Assembly (NCBI GenBank): GCA_044892525.1
Contig: CM097888.1
Location: forward strand, 5,022,001-5,086,000
Length of the DNA stretch: 64,000 nt
Origin: Schmidtea polychroa
Taxonomy: Eukaryota
Reading direction: 5' to 3'
Positions 14,206 through 26,678 of the stretch are shown piece by piece. Within the stretch, counting starts at the first letter, position 1, and each line of letters opens with the position of its first letter. The notes under the pieces are model-generated. The model was not told the DNA's origin. It was given only the letters and a program-made list of their open reading frames with translations, and made no database searches. The position numbers were made by a program, and so were the translations under genes.

Positions 14206-15377
14206 CCGTATTTTCCGCCAGATGCCGCGATAGTTATCCATACAAAAAATATAAAAATCGACCAAATGTAACTATGCGCGTTATTCGCAGGGAATACGAT
14301 CTATTTAATGTCAAATCAAGGGGATGAATTAGTTTCGTCAATTCCTCTGAAATAATGGCTAAGGCAACTAATGGTTTCTTTTTCTTCTGGCATATTATGT
14401 GCACGACATCAACAATAATTTAGGATTAAAGATGCTCCTTTACGTTTTCTCAAAATGTTTTCCACCCAAAATTTCACCACAACGTCGTTGACCCACCCTT
14501 TATCATTAGCTGTGACTTTAATATACATAGGAAATAAACCTTTATGGATAGTTTTTCTATAAAATATCAACATAGGTGGAAGTTTTGACCCATTTGCCAT
14601 CACTCAAAACACTACCATAAAGTTAAATTTTTCATCATTTGTTGCAACCGATACATCCTTGTCTCCCGTAATAGTAACTGTTCTATAATTTGGGAGATCC
14701 AAACTAACCGAAACCTCGTCAATGTTTCCGAAATGTTGGTGATCTGCTTCACAAAGTTTTTCATTGAAGAAAAATGCAAGGGTAGTTTTTGTCCGACACT
14801 TAATCCATTTCTCCTCATGAATCTAAAAACATATGATGGATAAGCCTTAAACCCACGAACCGTTAAAATTCTAATTCCATTTGATCGCTCTTTAATAACC
14901 CAATTGCAGTTTTCTTTCCAATCGTGGTCAGAAACGTTTTCTTTCATGTAAAAAATTGAGAATTGCTTCACTTTTTCTCCATTATCGGACGCTGGATTCT
15001 CCTACACTAAAAATTCTCCCACACTATAAGTTCTCCCGGTTTGACGATTTCCTTATTCTTGGGCTACTTTCATTACTTCTAATTTAAATTTTGCAGTATA
15101 AGATTTTTGTCTTAATTTATTTTCGTTTTCCATGGGCTTTTTTATAAAACATTAAGTAATAGGTATAACTGAGCACGTGCTCACACCGTTCACCAAAACC
15201 AGAACAAATAAACGACTGATAACGTGATGAATTTGAAGTGGGATTAAAAAATTGAAAGAAGAAATTGCGCTGATTTAGCTTTCTATCAAAAGCAGAAAAT
15301 TTTTGCCTGCGCGTTATGTATACAATTTTCAATTCGATAAAATTATTAAGATGCGCGTTATCTGGCAGAAAATACGG
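14206..15377 (-). mobile_element. pogo/Tc2-like DNA transposon, both TIRs present, degraded and truncated DDE transposase
   Basis: TIRs CCGTATTTTC(C/T)GCCAGAT (17/18) flanked by TA on both sides. Internal minus-strand pieces YTAKFKLEV, FRFMRRNGLS and ANGSKLPPMLIF...KGW are CENP-B/DDE_1-type motifs. Confidence 0.85.
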
Positions 15378-16170
15378 TACTTAGATTAACTTAAACAGTA
15401 TTTACTAATAATATGCCTTAATAGTTATGCAAGTAATAGTTATATTGATTATGATAGCCATGATAACAATGCTAGTTTTGCAGAGTGCTTATTATTTTCA
15501 TCGCTTTATTTTACTCTCTTATATTATTATTTTATTATTCAATTTTCTTTGCATTATCATCTTCGATTGATTATCTGTAATATTCGGTAAATCTCGTCCC
15601 GATCCATTAATTCTATTTCTAATGCCTGATTCTGTTCCTTCTCTAATTGCTTATTCGTCAATGTGAATGTCATCTTGCCAGTCATTTTAAATTTCAAAAT
15701 ATATTCTGCGAACCATATCTGCACCTTCTAGAAAAGAGTGATTTCCTTTTTTGCATTATTAAATCCACAAATTTCTTCCGCCACTATTTAAACCATTGTC
15801 CATTTCCATACTCATTTCTTTTCCCCAATGCTGTCGTTGTAGCTGAATCCCGAAAGTTTACTTGTACTCTACAATATGAGAATTTATTTCTAAGATCGTG
15901 TCTTACCAAAATCTTTCTTTTTGTTAAAGAATGAATCTTATACTTTCATATTGATGTTCTTGATTCAAAGACACTTTCCCGGCGATTCCATGAATATTTA
16001 TGATACATAGTTCTTGAATTGTTCCATTATAAAAGTTATACAAAATTCTTGGCCGAATTTTCGATCATACAAATCGATTATGGAACCATTCTGTTTTTCT
16101 CATTTGCTCCACATTACGCATCCTTTAATTTATAGAATTTATAGAATTTTAATTTATAAAGCTTTTTAAA

Positions 16171-17273
16171 GTAAATTACGTAACACTTAAGGGGGACAGG
16201 GGTTCTTGAAATTTGTTATGGTGAGTTACAAGGGGGAAATGGGGTTAAAGATTTTGTTACGTAACACGGAAATTTTCAATTTATTACATTTCATTAAAAA
16301 TTTGAAAAATCATAGACGTTGAAAAGTAAATTAAGTTCAGTATTTATTGACTAAATTAATGATATATGGTTGAACATTTTGTCTTGTCTATAATATCATA
16401 ATTTTAAATTTTTAACTATTTTATGAAAATAAGCGGAAAATTAATATTTTTTAACGGGTTTTTATAATTTGAGATAATATTTTTGCCAGTCCAAATGTCA
16501 CTTTTGGAATATTTTGAGTTTGTTAATATTTGGAAATAAGTGTTTGAATTAAGAAATTAATTCACATTATAGTTAAAATGAATTTTCGATTTTCGAGCCA
16601 TGAACAAGAATGAAAGTATAATCAATTATTATAAGAACTTTTTTTTCCAATTTCACCACTGATTATTTTTTCCATTGAATTTATTAAAAAGAGAGCTTGA
16701 AGACTATAAATCAGTAATATATCAACAAACATCCATAGATTACCGATTTATAGTCTTCAAGCTCTCTTAATAAATATATTCAATTATTGAAAAATATTCT
16801 CCAATGAAATCAAAACAACAAAATCAAAGAGTTTTTGGAATTCGATTAAAAATAGCGAAAATATGTGGACATGATATGCACTGAAAAATTACGAGAGCTA
16901 AAGATAAGTCAAACCCGTTTGAAAGGAACTATCCAATTTTTCTTCCAGTCATCACAGTACATCAAAAATATGTTGTACAACAATCATCTAGACAGAATAT
17001 TGAACCCATTCTAAATGAAAGTCAAATAGTAGAGGCAATTGAAGCAAATCTATTTGCGCAATCCGTTTCACAAAATGACGCAAAATGTCCAAAACAAATG
17101 CAAATTCTAAACCGTATTAATATCATAGAAGCTAATCTCTATGGTTTACAATTACGTGAAAATTCAGGTCTGCTACGTTATGCAACGGGGGGTTAAGAAT
17201 TTGTTATGAATTGTTACAAGGTGGAAGGGGGCAATAAAATCGATTTTAGCGTTATGTAATTTACGAACGTTCC
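16171..17273. mobile_element. Non-autonomous TIR element (MITE-like, possibly PIF/Harbinger type)
   Basis: GTAAATTACGTAACAC at 16171 vs reverse complement of 17249-17264 (14/16), with G-rich subterminal blocks at both ends. TSD not resolvable. Confidence 0.45.
16681..16773. repeat. Long fold-back hairpin element, second copy at 31165-31257 in opposite orientation
   Basis: Perfect 23-bp arms AGAGAGCTTGAAGACTATAAATC / GATTTATAGTCTTCAAGCTCTCT. A ~45-bp flank (16630-16675) occurs reverse-complemented after the second copy. Confidence 0.85.
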
Positions 17274-17434
17274 AATATGGGGAAAATATATTTAAAAAAC
17301 ATTTATACTCGTTTCTCATCTAAAAAACATTGTTATCAAATAGAAAAACTATTTTATCAAATAGAGATTTTATGATGTGAAAAATAATTACTTTTATATG
17401 AAAATATGTTCTAAGGTGCCAAATTGCAGATATA

Positions 17435-18241
17435 TTAAGTTATAATAAGAAATAGATAACAAGAAGTTTCCAGATTTGTTCTGGAAGTCGTGAATGCATT
17501 TGTCAAGGGCTGAATTCCGAAATTATATTCATGTTTAACAATACGTATATGCCCACTATTTTCAAATAACGCATGAACACCTTGTACTTTATGAAAAGGC
17601 ACATTATCTACGATGATTGTAAAATTGAGAAGTGCCAATTCACTCAATTTAGTAAAAAGGCATATTAGAAATTCAATAAAGAGTATCTCGTTATAAGGTG
17701 TATTTTTTGATTCATGGTAAATTACTCTAATTTTCGATATTGCCACGCATACTGACACGTCTTTTGATCGGATTGTTCGTATTGATTTCCGTGTTGGTGT
17801 GCCTTTAGAGCTTCTACCATAAGCTACCCGCATAGAACAATTCACAACGAACTCATCAACAAAAATAAATTGTTCTCCATTAAGAGGCAAGTAATTGTTT
17901 GCATATTCAAACCGCTTTTCAATAATCACCTCACTGTTTGTCATCGCTGGAACAACTCGTTTTAAAGAGTAATTGAAATCCTTAATTGTTCCTTCGATTG
18001 TAGAAACTAAAACATTTAATCCCTTTTCCAATAAAAGGCATCGTTGCAATGACTTTAATGTAATGGAAACATCCTCGTCGATTTTTGTCAGTATTAACCT
18101 ACAAATATCGCATTGGTTCTTCCAGTTTTGATAAACGTTTTTATTACGCTCCTTTCGGCTTCGTATTTTAATTCCAACTCATCTGAAACAATTGCATACG
18201 ACTTCCCTGTCTCGTATTTAGAAATTATTTTTTCGTGCCTC

Positions 18242-18247
<6 letters not shown>
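17435..18247 (-). mobile_element. Degenerate Tc1/IS630-type transposase
   Basis: FIFVDEF...VAYGRSSKG and IIVDNVPFHK in ORF 17435-18049. HTH-like RKIISKYETGKSYAIVSDELEL lies upstream (about 18130-18230). Confidence 0.8.
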
Positions 18248-18280
<33 letters not shown>

Positions 18281-18283
<3 letters not shown>

Positions 18284-18671
18284 ATTAAATTTAATAAAGA
18301 TCATAACAATTTTATTGCACTCAATATCATAAGTTGTCTTTGAGTATAGTTCCTTTTCCGAATAACTTCCAACCTCCAATTGCTTTCCATTACACAATCT
18401 AAATAATCAACGCAAATTCGAAAATACAATTATAAATTCAAAAAATCCACAATTCCAGAAAAACCTCAATCATTTTACCCAGACAAAAAAATCTAACCTA
18501 CAAATTTTAATATAAAAATCACAAATTAAAAGTAAAAACCTACTTCTCGCGTCTGTGTGCGCACACCAACAAGAATCGGTCTAGCCAGACCGCGCACACA
18601 GACGCGATAGAAAAACCTCCAAACTAACTGCCAGTCAGAGGCAATCCCCCTCTACTCTGACTGGTCGAAAC
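18281..18671 (+). other. A/C-rich insertion between two (TA)n tracts, ending in two GC-rich hairpins and TCGAAAC
   Basis: (TA)n at 18248-18280 and 18672-18688; perfect 16-bp stem 18547-18562/18592-18607; 10-bp stem 18631-18640/18655-18664. Confidence 0.6.
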
Positions 18672-18835
18672 ATATATATATATATATAAAAAATACAACC
18701 AAAAAAATTAAAGTGTTAATGAAAATACGATAAAAATATGCTTTAAAATATAAAAATATAAAATAATGTAAATTTCTAAACTAGGTAATTTATTAAAATC
18801 TAAATAACATAAACAAAGAAAAAAGGAACATAAAG

Positions 18836-19270
18836 TTTTATTATTGAAATTCTTCTCTCCTGATTGATTTTTGAATGAACTTTCTCATGTTTTGAAAGTA
18901 ATGATTGCAATCTTGAGTAGTTGTAATATTAAATTCGTTTAAAATACTGGCATAAAGATCTTCAACATTAGTATTATTGGCGGATTTTATTAAGTGTTTC
19001 CATTTGCTTAATATTTCTTCAATATGATTGAGTTATGGGCTATATGGAGGTAAAAATATCAACTCATGCCCATATTAAGAAATTATAGTGTGCACATTTT
19101 GTACATTATGAAACCTTGCATTGTTCATTATAATTTTATAATTAATTTTATAATTAATTCTCTTGCATTTTACTGAAAAGATTTATTAAAAAATCACTGA
19201 AACTCGTGCCGTTGTAACATGTACTTTTAACCTCGTAGTAAAAACACCCATTTTCTGTGATCACTGAGCA
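18836..19270 (-). mobile_element. Tc1/IS630 transposase C-terminal remnant
   Basis: Manual translation gives IMNNARFHNV...HELIFLPPYSP*LNHIEEILSKWKH (DD34E-type tail). Confidence 0.75.
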
Positions 19271-19488
19271 TATAGAAAAATATTTTAAACAATCAAAACT
19301 CTGTTTTTAAGCATATTAATTTTAAGCCAATGAAAAATAATTTAAAATATTACCATTTTTAAAAAAAGAAAAATTATATTATTTTGAAAATTCATTTATT
19401 GGTGTTTACACAAAAACTTTGAGTAGTTTTAATTGTTGCATTTTATAGGTGTAATTAAATATATTAAGTCTATATATAATATTATAAA

Positions 19489-20440
19489 GTGATGATTATT
19501 GGTAGCGGCATTTATTATTTAAAACAATAAAGTGATTATTTATGCCCTTTGCTGCGAATAATGTATTTAATGAAAAATTTTCGACTATAAGATCAATCTC
19601 CTGGAATTTAACAATCTCCTTCCCGAAAATACATTCCTATCTTTCTTTTATTTCCTTTTTCTTAATTCTCATTGGTTATAAATATAATATAATATAATGA
19701 TATACTTTTGTATTTTGTATTTATTTTTTAAAATTTTACTTAAAATGAAAATTAAAATTAAAAATAAAATCAAATAAATATCATTTAAAATTCAAAATGA
19801 CAAAAACTAAAACCTTTAAATTTTTTTAAAGCTTCTATAATTAGCTTCTAGAAGCCTAATAAAATATTTCAAAATATTTTAAAATAAATCCTCCAATATC
19901 CTTTTATATACGCTATTTAAATATTTCAATAAATGTGTCAATTTCGATTTTTAAATCCTATCTTTTGAAAGTATATTTTCTAAAATTTTCTATATTATTT
20001 TAATTATTACTTTTTTTAAATTTATTATATTTTTTTATTTTTTATATATTATCAGATATTCTCAAGGTCAATGACAACAGACAAAATTCATGATTTCATT
20101 GATTTCTTCTTTAGTGTTGATTTTTTACTGTCTGTTTATGATGAGAATTGCTTCTTTGAATCTGACATTTTTCTTTTGGATGTTTCCATTAGCTATGATT
20201 TCGATTGAAATATTTTTTCTTTCCTCTGTTGGTTGACATTGTTGGAGATGTCTGTTTATCGAGGATGTCCCACCAGGATCTAGATGTTCTTTAACTCTTT
20301 GGTGCAAGGTCCTGAGTGTACTTCCAATGTAGATTTTCTTGCATACATTGCACGTGATGCAACAAACGATGTTTTTTCTAAAGCACATATCTTTCGATGT
20401 CTGGCATTTTTTCATTGTGTAATTGTGCAACCTTGGACTT
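19489..20440 (-). mobile_element. Penelope-like element 3' fragment (GIY-YIG endonuclease plus ~550-bp AT-rich tail)
   Basis: CITCNVCKKIYIGSTLRTLHQRVKEHL...RFKEAILI; the tail is the reverse complement of about 58380-58968. Confidence 0.85.
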
Positions 20441-21626
20441 ATGATTATATTAATTCTCAAATCATCAGCTTTCTGTGAGGGTAGCTCCCCCACGACACAA
20501 ACATAGATATATCTAGTAATTTATATCATTATGTTGACGTCTCAAATATTACTATTTGAAATCCCAACTCGGGGGTGATTCTTAGATAAATAAAAGACAA
20601 AAATCGTTGTAAACGTTTATTAAATAACAATTACCTTTCTTTTAAAATTTACAATGTTTTGTTCGGATCTTTCGAAAACTTCTTTGGTATTGATCAACTT
20701 TAATTTTCTTTCTCAATGTTTTTTATCCTATCTTTATTTTTCTCTGATTCGGTTTTGCTAGAAATTATTTGAGATTACCTCAAGACAATTTTTTTTTAAT
20801 AGGAACGCTAAGTTTCATTCTTCTAAAAATTTCGTGGGTGTTTCTACCATTGTTTACATTGTATTTATAGTTTATAAACAAACAGAAGGCACTTGAGACA
20901 AATTAAATATTCTTCACTCAAATATCTCTCAACATAAAAACAACAGGCTCTCCATGATATTAATTGTCTTTTTGTATTCGATTGTAAATATAATTCCATT
21001 AATTGTTCGGATTGTAAATATCATCTCCTATTATTTTTTGTTGTTTGAATTGGAAACTTTTATTTTGAATTTTTCTCATGAAATTATTTGTATGATAACA
21101 NNNNNNNNNNNNNNNNNNNNNNNNNNNNNNNNNNNNNNNNNNNNNNNNNNNNNNNNNNNNNNNNNNNNNNNNNNNNNNNNNNNNNNNNNNNNNNNNNNNN
21201 NNNNNNNNNNNNNNNNNNNNNNNNNNNNNNNNNNNNNNNNNNNNNNNNNNNNNNNNNNNNNNNNNNNNNNNNNNTTTTTATTTTTGTTTAAATAATCAAA
21301 AAAGTAGATCGATCTTTTCAAAATAATGCATAGAAGATCGACCTTCTCAATAATCCACAAAATAACAAATCCAGCAGCAACAACCGAAAAGCCAATTAAT
21401 GAACAACTTGGAACAGAATACAAACCAGCTCATGGATACAATCGCAAATAACTATGCAAATTTTATTATCGAAGCTTTTAAATGGAATAAAATTTTATAC
21501 TATGTTGCACTTACAATTCATCTATCTTTCCGATTATTAGCTTGCTGTGCGTGTAGCTCCACAGGACAACCTTTTTGATCCGTATTTCATGTTTACTTGA
21601 GGTAGACTTTCCTTTATCTTTAATTA

Positions 21627-22951
21627 CAGGGTTATTAATAATTATAAAGAATTTATTAATCATTATAAAGAATTTATTAATAATTATGAAGAATTTATTA
21701 ATAATTATAAAGAAAATATAAATAATCATATAAAAATTACAAATATGTTATGAAGACTAAATATGGTGTTAAATTAATATTTTAATCAAAGGACATTCCA
21801 TTAAAAGCTAAATCGAGATACTTACGTATGTTTCTATAAAAATTATCAAAACAAAGAGACACATCATTATTCATATTCCCATTTGTAGAGCTGACATTAT
21901 TGATAATATCCGTGGTCTAATAGTGAAGTATCTATTTTTTAGGCAGGAGAATATTTCTTCGATGTGGGCTATAAGGCGGGCTATAAGCATGATCAACATT
22001 ATTGTTTTCAAACCACGCAGCAACCTCTCGTGTCTTTTGAAACTTTACATTATCCATTAGAATGACCTTATCAGGAGAAAAATAGCCTAAATTTTTACAT
22101 TCTATCAAAAACTCTAAAAACAGACTACTATTATACGGACCTTCGACTAATTTAAAATGCAGAATTTTTTCGTTTGAAATTGTCGACAATAAACTGATAT
22201 TTCTTCCTCTGTTTGTTGGAACAGTTATTGCAGTTGGAGTATTAACTGGGGAATATCCATAATTGGGGACCGTATGCAAATTAAACCCGGTCTCATCCAG
22301 ATATAAAATGGCATTATTTCTTATATTTCTGAATTTCAAAGCAAATATTTTTCTTTGTGCAATCAATTCAGGAGATTCTATTTTAATTAACCTTTTCTTA
22401 AGTCTTTTCCTCGTTAAATTAAGTTTTTTCAAATAGAGAGAAACAGTGGGTTGGCTTATATTAATATTCTCAGTTTCTAAAAAATTAGTAATCCCTGTTT
22501 GGTTAAAGGAATTACCGTGTTGAATGCATTCCCAAACCTTAAGAACTTTTTCTGTAATGCCAAGGGCTGCTATTCCAGGTTTCTTGAAATGAATATTTTT
22601 TATAAAATCTTCGTCAGCCTGTTCAATTTTAGTTAGCCATTTATATACAGACTTAATGGAAATCTTCAACACTCGCCATTTTTGCGACGTCGTCACCTTC
22701 AGACTTCATATCCTTCAAAAGTTCAAGAGTTTTTTGCGTGATGGCTGTTCTTCTTTTCCTGGGAATATTTGATTGTTCTGCTAAGCCGAGGATATTCGTA
22801 AATGCATTTTTGTGTTCAGGACTCATGGGTTCTTTATGATTTTTCTTTATAATTATTAATAAATTCTTTATAATGATTAATAAATTCTTTATAATGATTA
22901 ATAAATTCTTTATATTGATTAATAAATTCTTTTTAATTATTAATAACCCTG
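21627..22951 (-). mobile_element. Full-length Tc1/IS630-type transposon with arrayed TIRs and TA TSD; transposase frameshifted
   Basis: TA|CAGGGTTATT...AATAACCCTG|TA. ORF 21932-22696 has YLDETGF, LMDNVKFQ, PPYSP. ATG at 22826 is in another frame and there is a small deletion before IEE. Confidence 0.9.
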
Positions 22952-25877
22952 TAAATCAAAATTAATATTATTAAATTTATAAAATCAATAATAAAATTGA
23001 TAGAAATTATCTTCATAATAAATATTATTTCAAATTTAAATTCATAATAAGATTCATAAATAGATTTGTTAGTTAGTTATATAGATTATATAAGTAATTA
23101 AATAACTGCCAATATGTAGCTATTCATTGTTAATACGTAAAATTTTTGTTAGTAAATAGCTAAAGTTGATATTAATTGATAACTAACAAACAATAAAAAT
23201 AAGTAACTAACAAAGTAGATAATTAATGCCCCTCTGCTCTACAAATCCCCTCCTCTAGTAATACAGCCCGCGAATGTCAATTGTAGGCATTGACTATAAT
23301 GCTGAGGGCCACTATGGTTATGTCAATCTGAGACATTGACTATAGTGTCCATCTGCATTCCAACTGTTGCCCAAGTATCAGTCAATGTGAAACTCATGAT
23401 AGTGAGGTCGATTTTGATTCAACAATTTGACATATTTGTAAATATGAGAAACATTAATTAATAACTATTGTTAGATGACCACAAAGGGAGAGTCACACAG
23501 AGAACAGATTAGAACAAGACAACCCAGTTCCAACAATCATCGTAATGGGATTTGACATTTTATAGGACTTCATTGATAACACATTTCCTTTATTTTTGTT
23601 TTATTATGTACATATAAAATATATATTTCAAAGGGAATCTTTAATTAAAAAACGAAAGTAAAAAATAAAAAAAAATAATTAAAATATTATTAAATTGCGA
23701 TGCAAAATTGTAGTTGCTCGAAATCACCTAAAATAAAAATAATTCTCACTTGAAATAACAATAACAATGGTCACTTAAAATAATAATAATCTAAAGAAAA
23801 TGATAAAATAACAATAATAATTTAAGATAATAATAAAAACAAGAATATTTTAAAAAGATATATATTAATACCTGTTAATACCTATAGGTATAGTTAAAAC
23901 AATAATATTTAAATACACTTAAAAACATATTTATTTAATTTTAGTAATAAAAAATAAGTATAAATAGAGACCAAAAATCATTTTCTTCACCCAAAAATTT
24001 TACCACTTCTACAGTAAGCTAAAAAGGTAAATCCTTATTACTAATAAGTTATTAGTTTTTAATATAGAATGAGACGCGACAAAAAACATTCAAAACATTC
24101 AATCGCATATATAACATTTTACTCGTACACAACAGGCACAATTCTTTTCAGTGGGAATCAAATTTTGAAGAAAATTGTATTGAATTGATAAACAATTTGT
24201 TTTGAAATAAATATTTTAATAACTCGACTTTGCTTTATATTTGATAGACTTATATAGTTACCAGTGCAACATCGAGAATCTCAAGTTCTTTTTTTGAAAC
24301 CTCAATAATATTATCCAACATATATTAATTCTTATTAAATAACCTTTATTTTATATTTAATTTTATATATTATTTTGAACATTAAATATTTACTTTGATG
24401 TGTTTTATTGGAATTTTTACTATGCTTAGTATAATTTTATAGTTTGATCGACTTTCCCATTTGTAGAATCCAGCTGTTTTGTTCAACTTTTCACCTATTT
24501 TCATCATTGCATTGCTTTCCGGGATCCATTTTTTTCATTTCTATTGCTATATTCATCATTTTTAACTCTTTACTTCGACGCTAGTAATTTTTGTTTCATT
24601 TTTACCAATCTGTTCATCACCAGTTCCATTGTTGACTATTCCTATCAGAAAATGGATCAATAAGAGGAGAATCGACAATATAAAGGTTACCTATCAACTA
24701 TCTGTAGAAATAGAACACAATGACTATTGTTAATTGCATGTGGATTGCAATATCTTAGTACCTATTCTCTTTTCGTTTGAAACTCTAGATAACACCTCTG
24801 TATCAACTCGACACAAAATTTCAATACAAAAACTAACTTGACCTAGTAAAATTGTCATTTGAAAACAGCAGTGCACTGAATAAATGTTTGTACCGCCAAT
24901 GACTATTGATGGAACCAAATTTCAGTCAACCCATTGCCTTTATTTGTATCCGCATTTCGGTTGGTATCTAATGGCTGCTAACATTTATTTTGTCTTTTCA
25001 ATTAAATATGCCCGGTATCCAAAAAGAACATGTCTGCCAAAAATGAATAAAACTAAATCAAAACTCCATAAAGTTGTGTCCTACAAATACAATTCGTGCG
25101 CATAAGTAATAAACGAGTAACCCCGAAATGCTTGTAAGACTCTGGGTTTGAACCATGTAAATCAAACATATTCACTGTAATATAAATCTAATATCAGTTA
25201 TGCTATCATAACCCTTGTACTGATTTCATCCAATTTATATCCATATTCCGATGATAAAACTGACTGATATTACCCTAATAAATTAGTTTTTATCAAATTT
25301 ACAATGTGGTATACTTCAAAAATGAGAGCCTCAATACTATATTATAGATGCAATATAAGCCGATCCTATAGTGGGGCGGATTTTAGATTGGCAACACGTT
25401 TACTGTCACTGTCAAATTAAAGTTACAAGATTGCACATGCTTTACCACAATAACCATATACTGTTTTCAACCAACATATAACCATATTTTAATGATTAAA
25501 CTGACATAATTTTATCCGTTCGTATCTTCATTTCTTCATTCTGATGCAACATTTGAACGTATATGTATGAATGATACTTATCTATGTGTATACTATATAC
25601 TATATATATCTATGTGTATACTATGTATAGATAAATGCTACGCTAACTCGTATGTATGCATGTATCTGTGAGTGTCAAAGTCCTTAGGACAGATGTCAAC
25701 GTTGGACACTAGACCATTGACGAACAAAATTAAATTACATTTTTACATTTTTATTTTTTTTATCATTTTGTTGTAATGTTGTTGATTTATTTAAAATAAA
25801 AAAATAAACAAAAACATTTATAAGAAACCAAAGTTAAATCTCTTATTAATCTCTTGATCTACAGACTACACAGTAGA

Positions 25878-26201
25878 CTAAATTATATGAACTTTCCGAT
25901 TCATCGTATGTGCAAAATCACAAATAACATCTTCAAATGACAGTTCCCCCATTAAATCACTTTCAATTGAAAGAAGTGCAATAGAAGACAATCGTTCTTG
26001 TCCCATCGTTGAACGCAGATAGTTTTTGATTAGTTTCAGTTTTGAAAATGATCGTTCACCTTCACAACGTGATCCAAAAATTGAAAGATAAATTGAAAAA
26101 GCAATATTTACATTTGGAAAACTTGTGACCAACTTGTTTTCTATTTGGGCTTTCATCATTTCCGAAAAAGATTTTATGTTGACGAACATTCGAGAAAACA
26201 A
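25878..26201 (-). mobile_element. hAT transposase dimerisation-domain fragment
   Basis: FPNVNIAFSIYL...CEGERSFSKLKLIKNYLRSTMGQERLSSIALLSIE. Confidence 0.85.
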
Positions 26202-26678
26202 AAAAATTCATCAGAGAATGCCTCTTCCAGGTCTAATTAATTCATTTGCTTTAGAAACTACACATCATATGACAAAGATCTGTCAAAAAAAACTGAATCT
26301 GCAATTTAAATTAAAGATTGGTAAAATATTAAACAATTACAAATCATTTTTTATTTTAACCAGGCAAAATATTGGAAAAAAGGAAAGTAAATAAAAAGTT
26401 ACAAAAGTGAATTGAGATTAAACATTTCAAAATCTGGGTGCATTCATAAATTCAAACCCATGTCGTCAAAATTTCTTAATAATTAATGCAAAAATAAATT
26501 TAATCAATTTGAGGCCTACAAGGCTGCAAAAGCTGCAATATAAATATCCTAATTCCAAAAGTGCCTAGGGCCTTCGACGACCTTCAAACAGGCCTACCAA
26601 CGGTACATTAACAGATTGCAAACATCAAACGAAACCAAATATTAATCAAACTTTCTTAATTTAACTCTGTAATACAGA

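Noticed and set aside
24884-25105. IDGTKF as a MULE/PIF catalytic motif
   Set aside because: The surrounding residues do not continue either family pattern; too weak.
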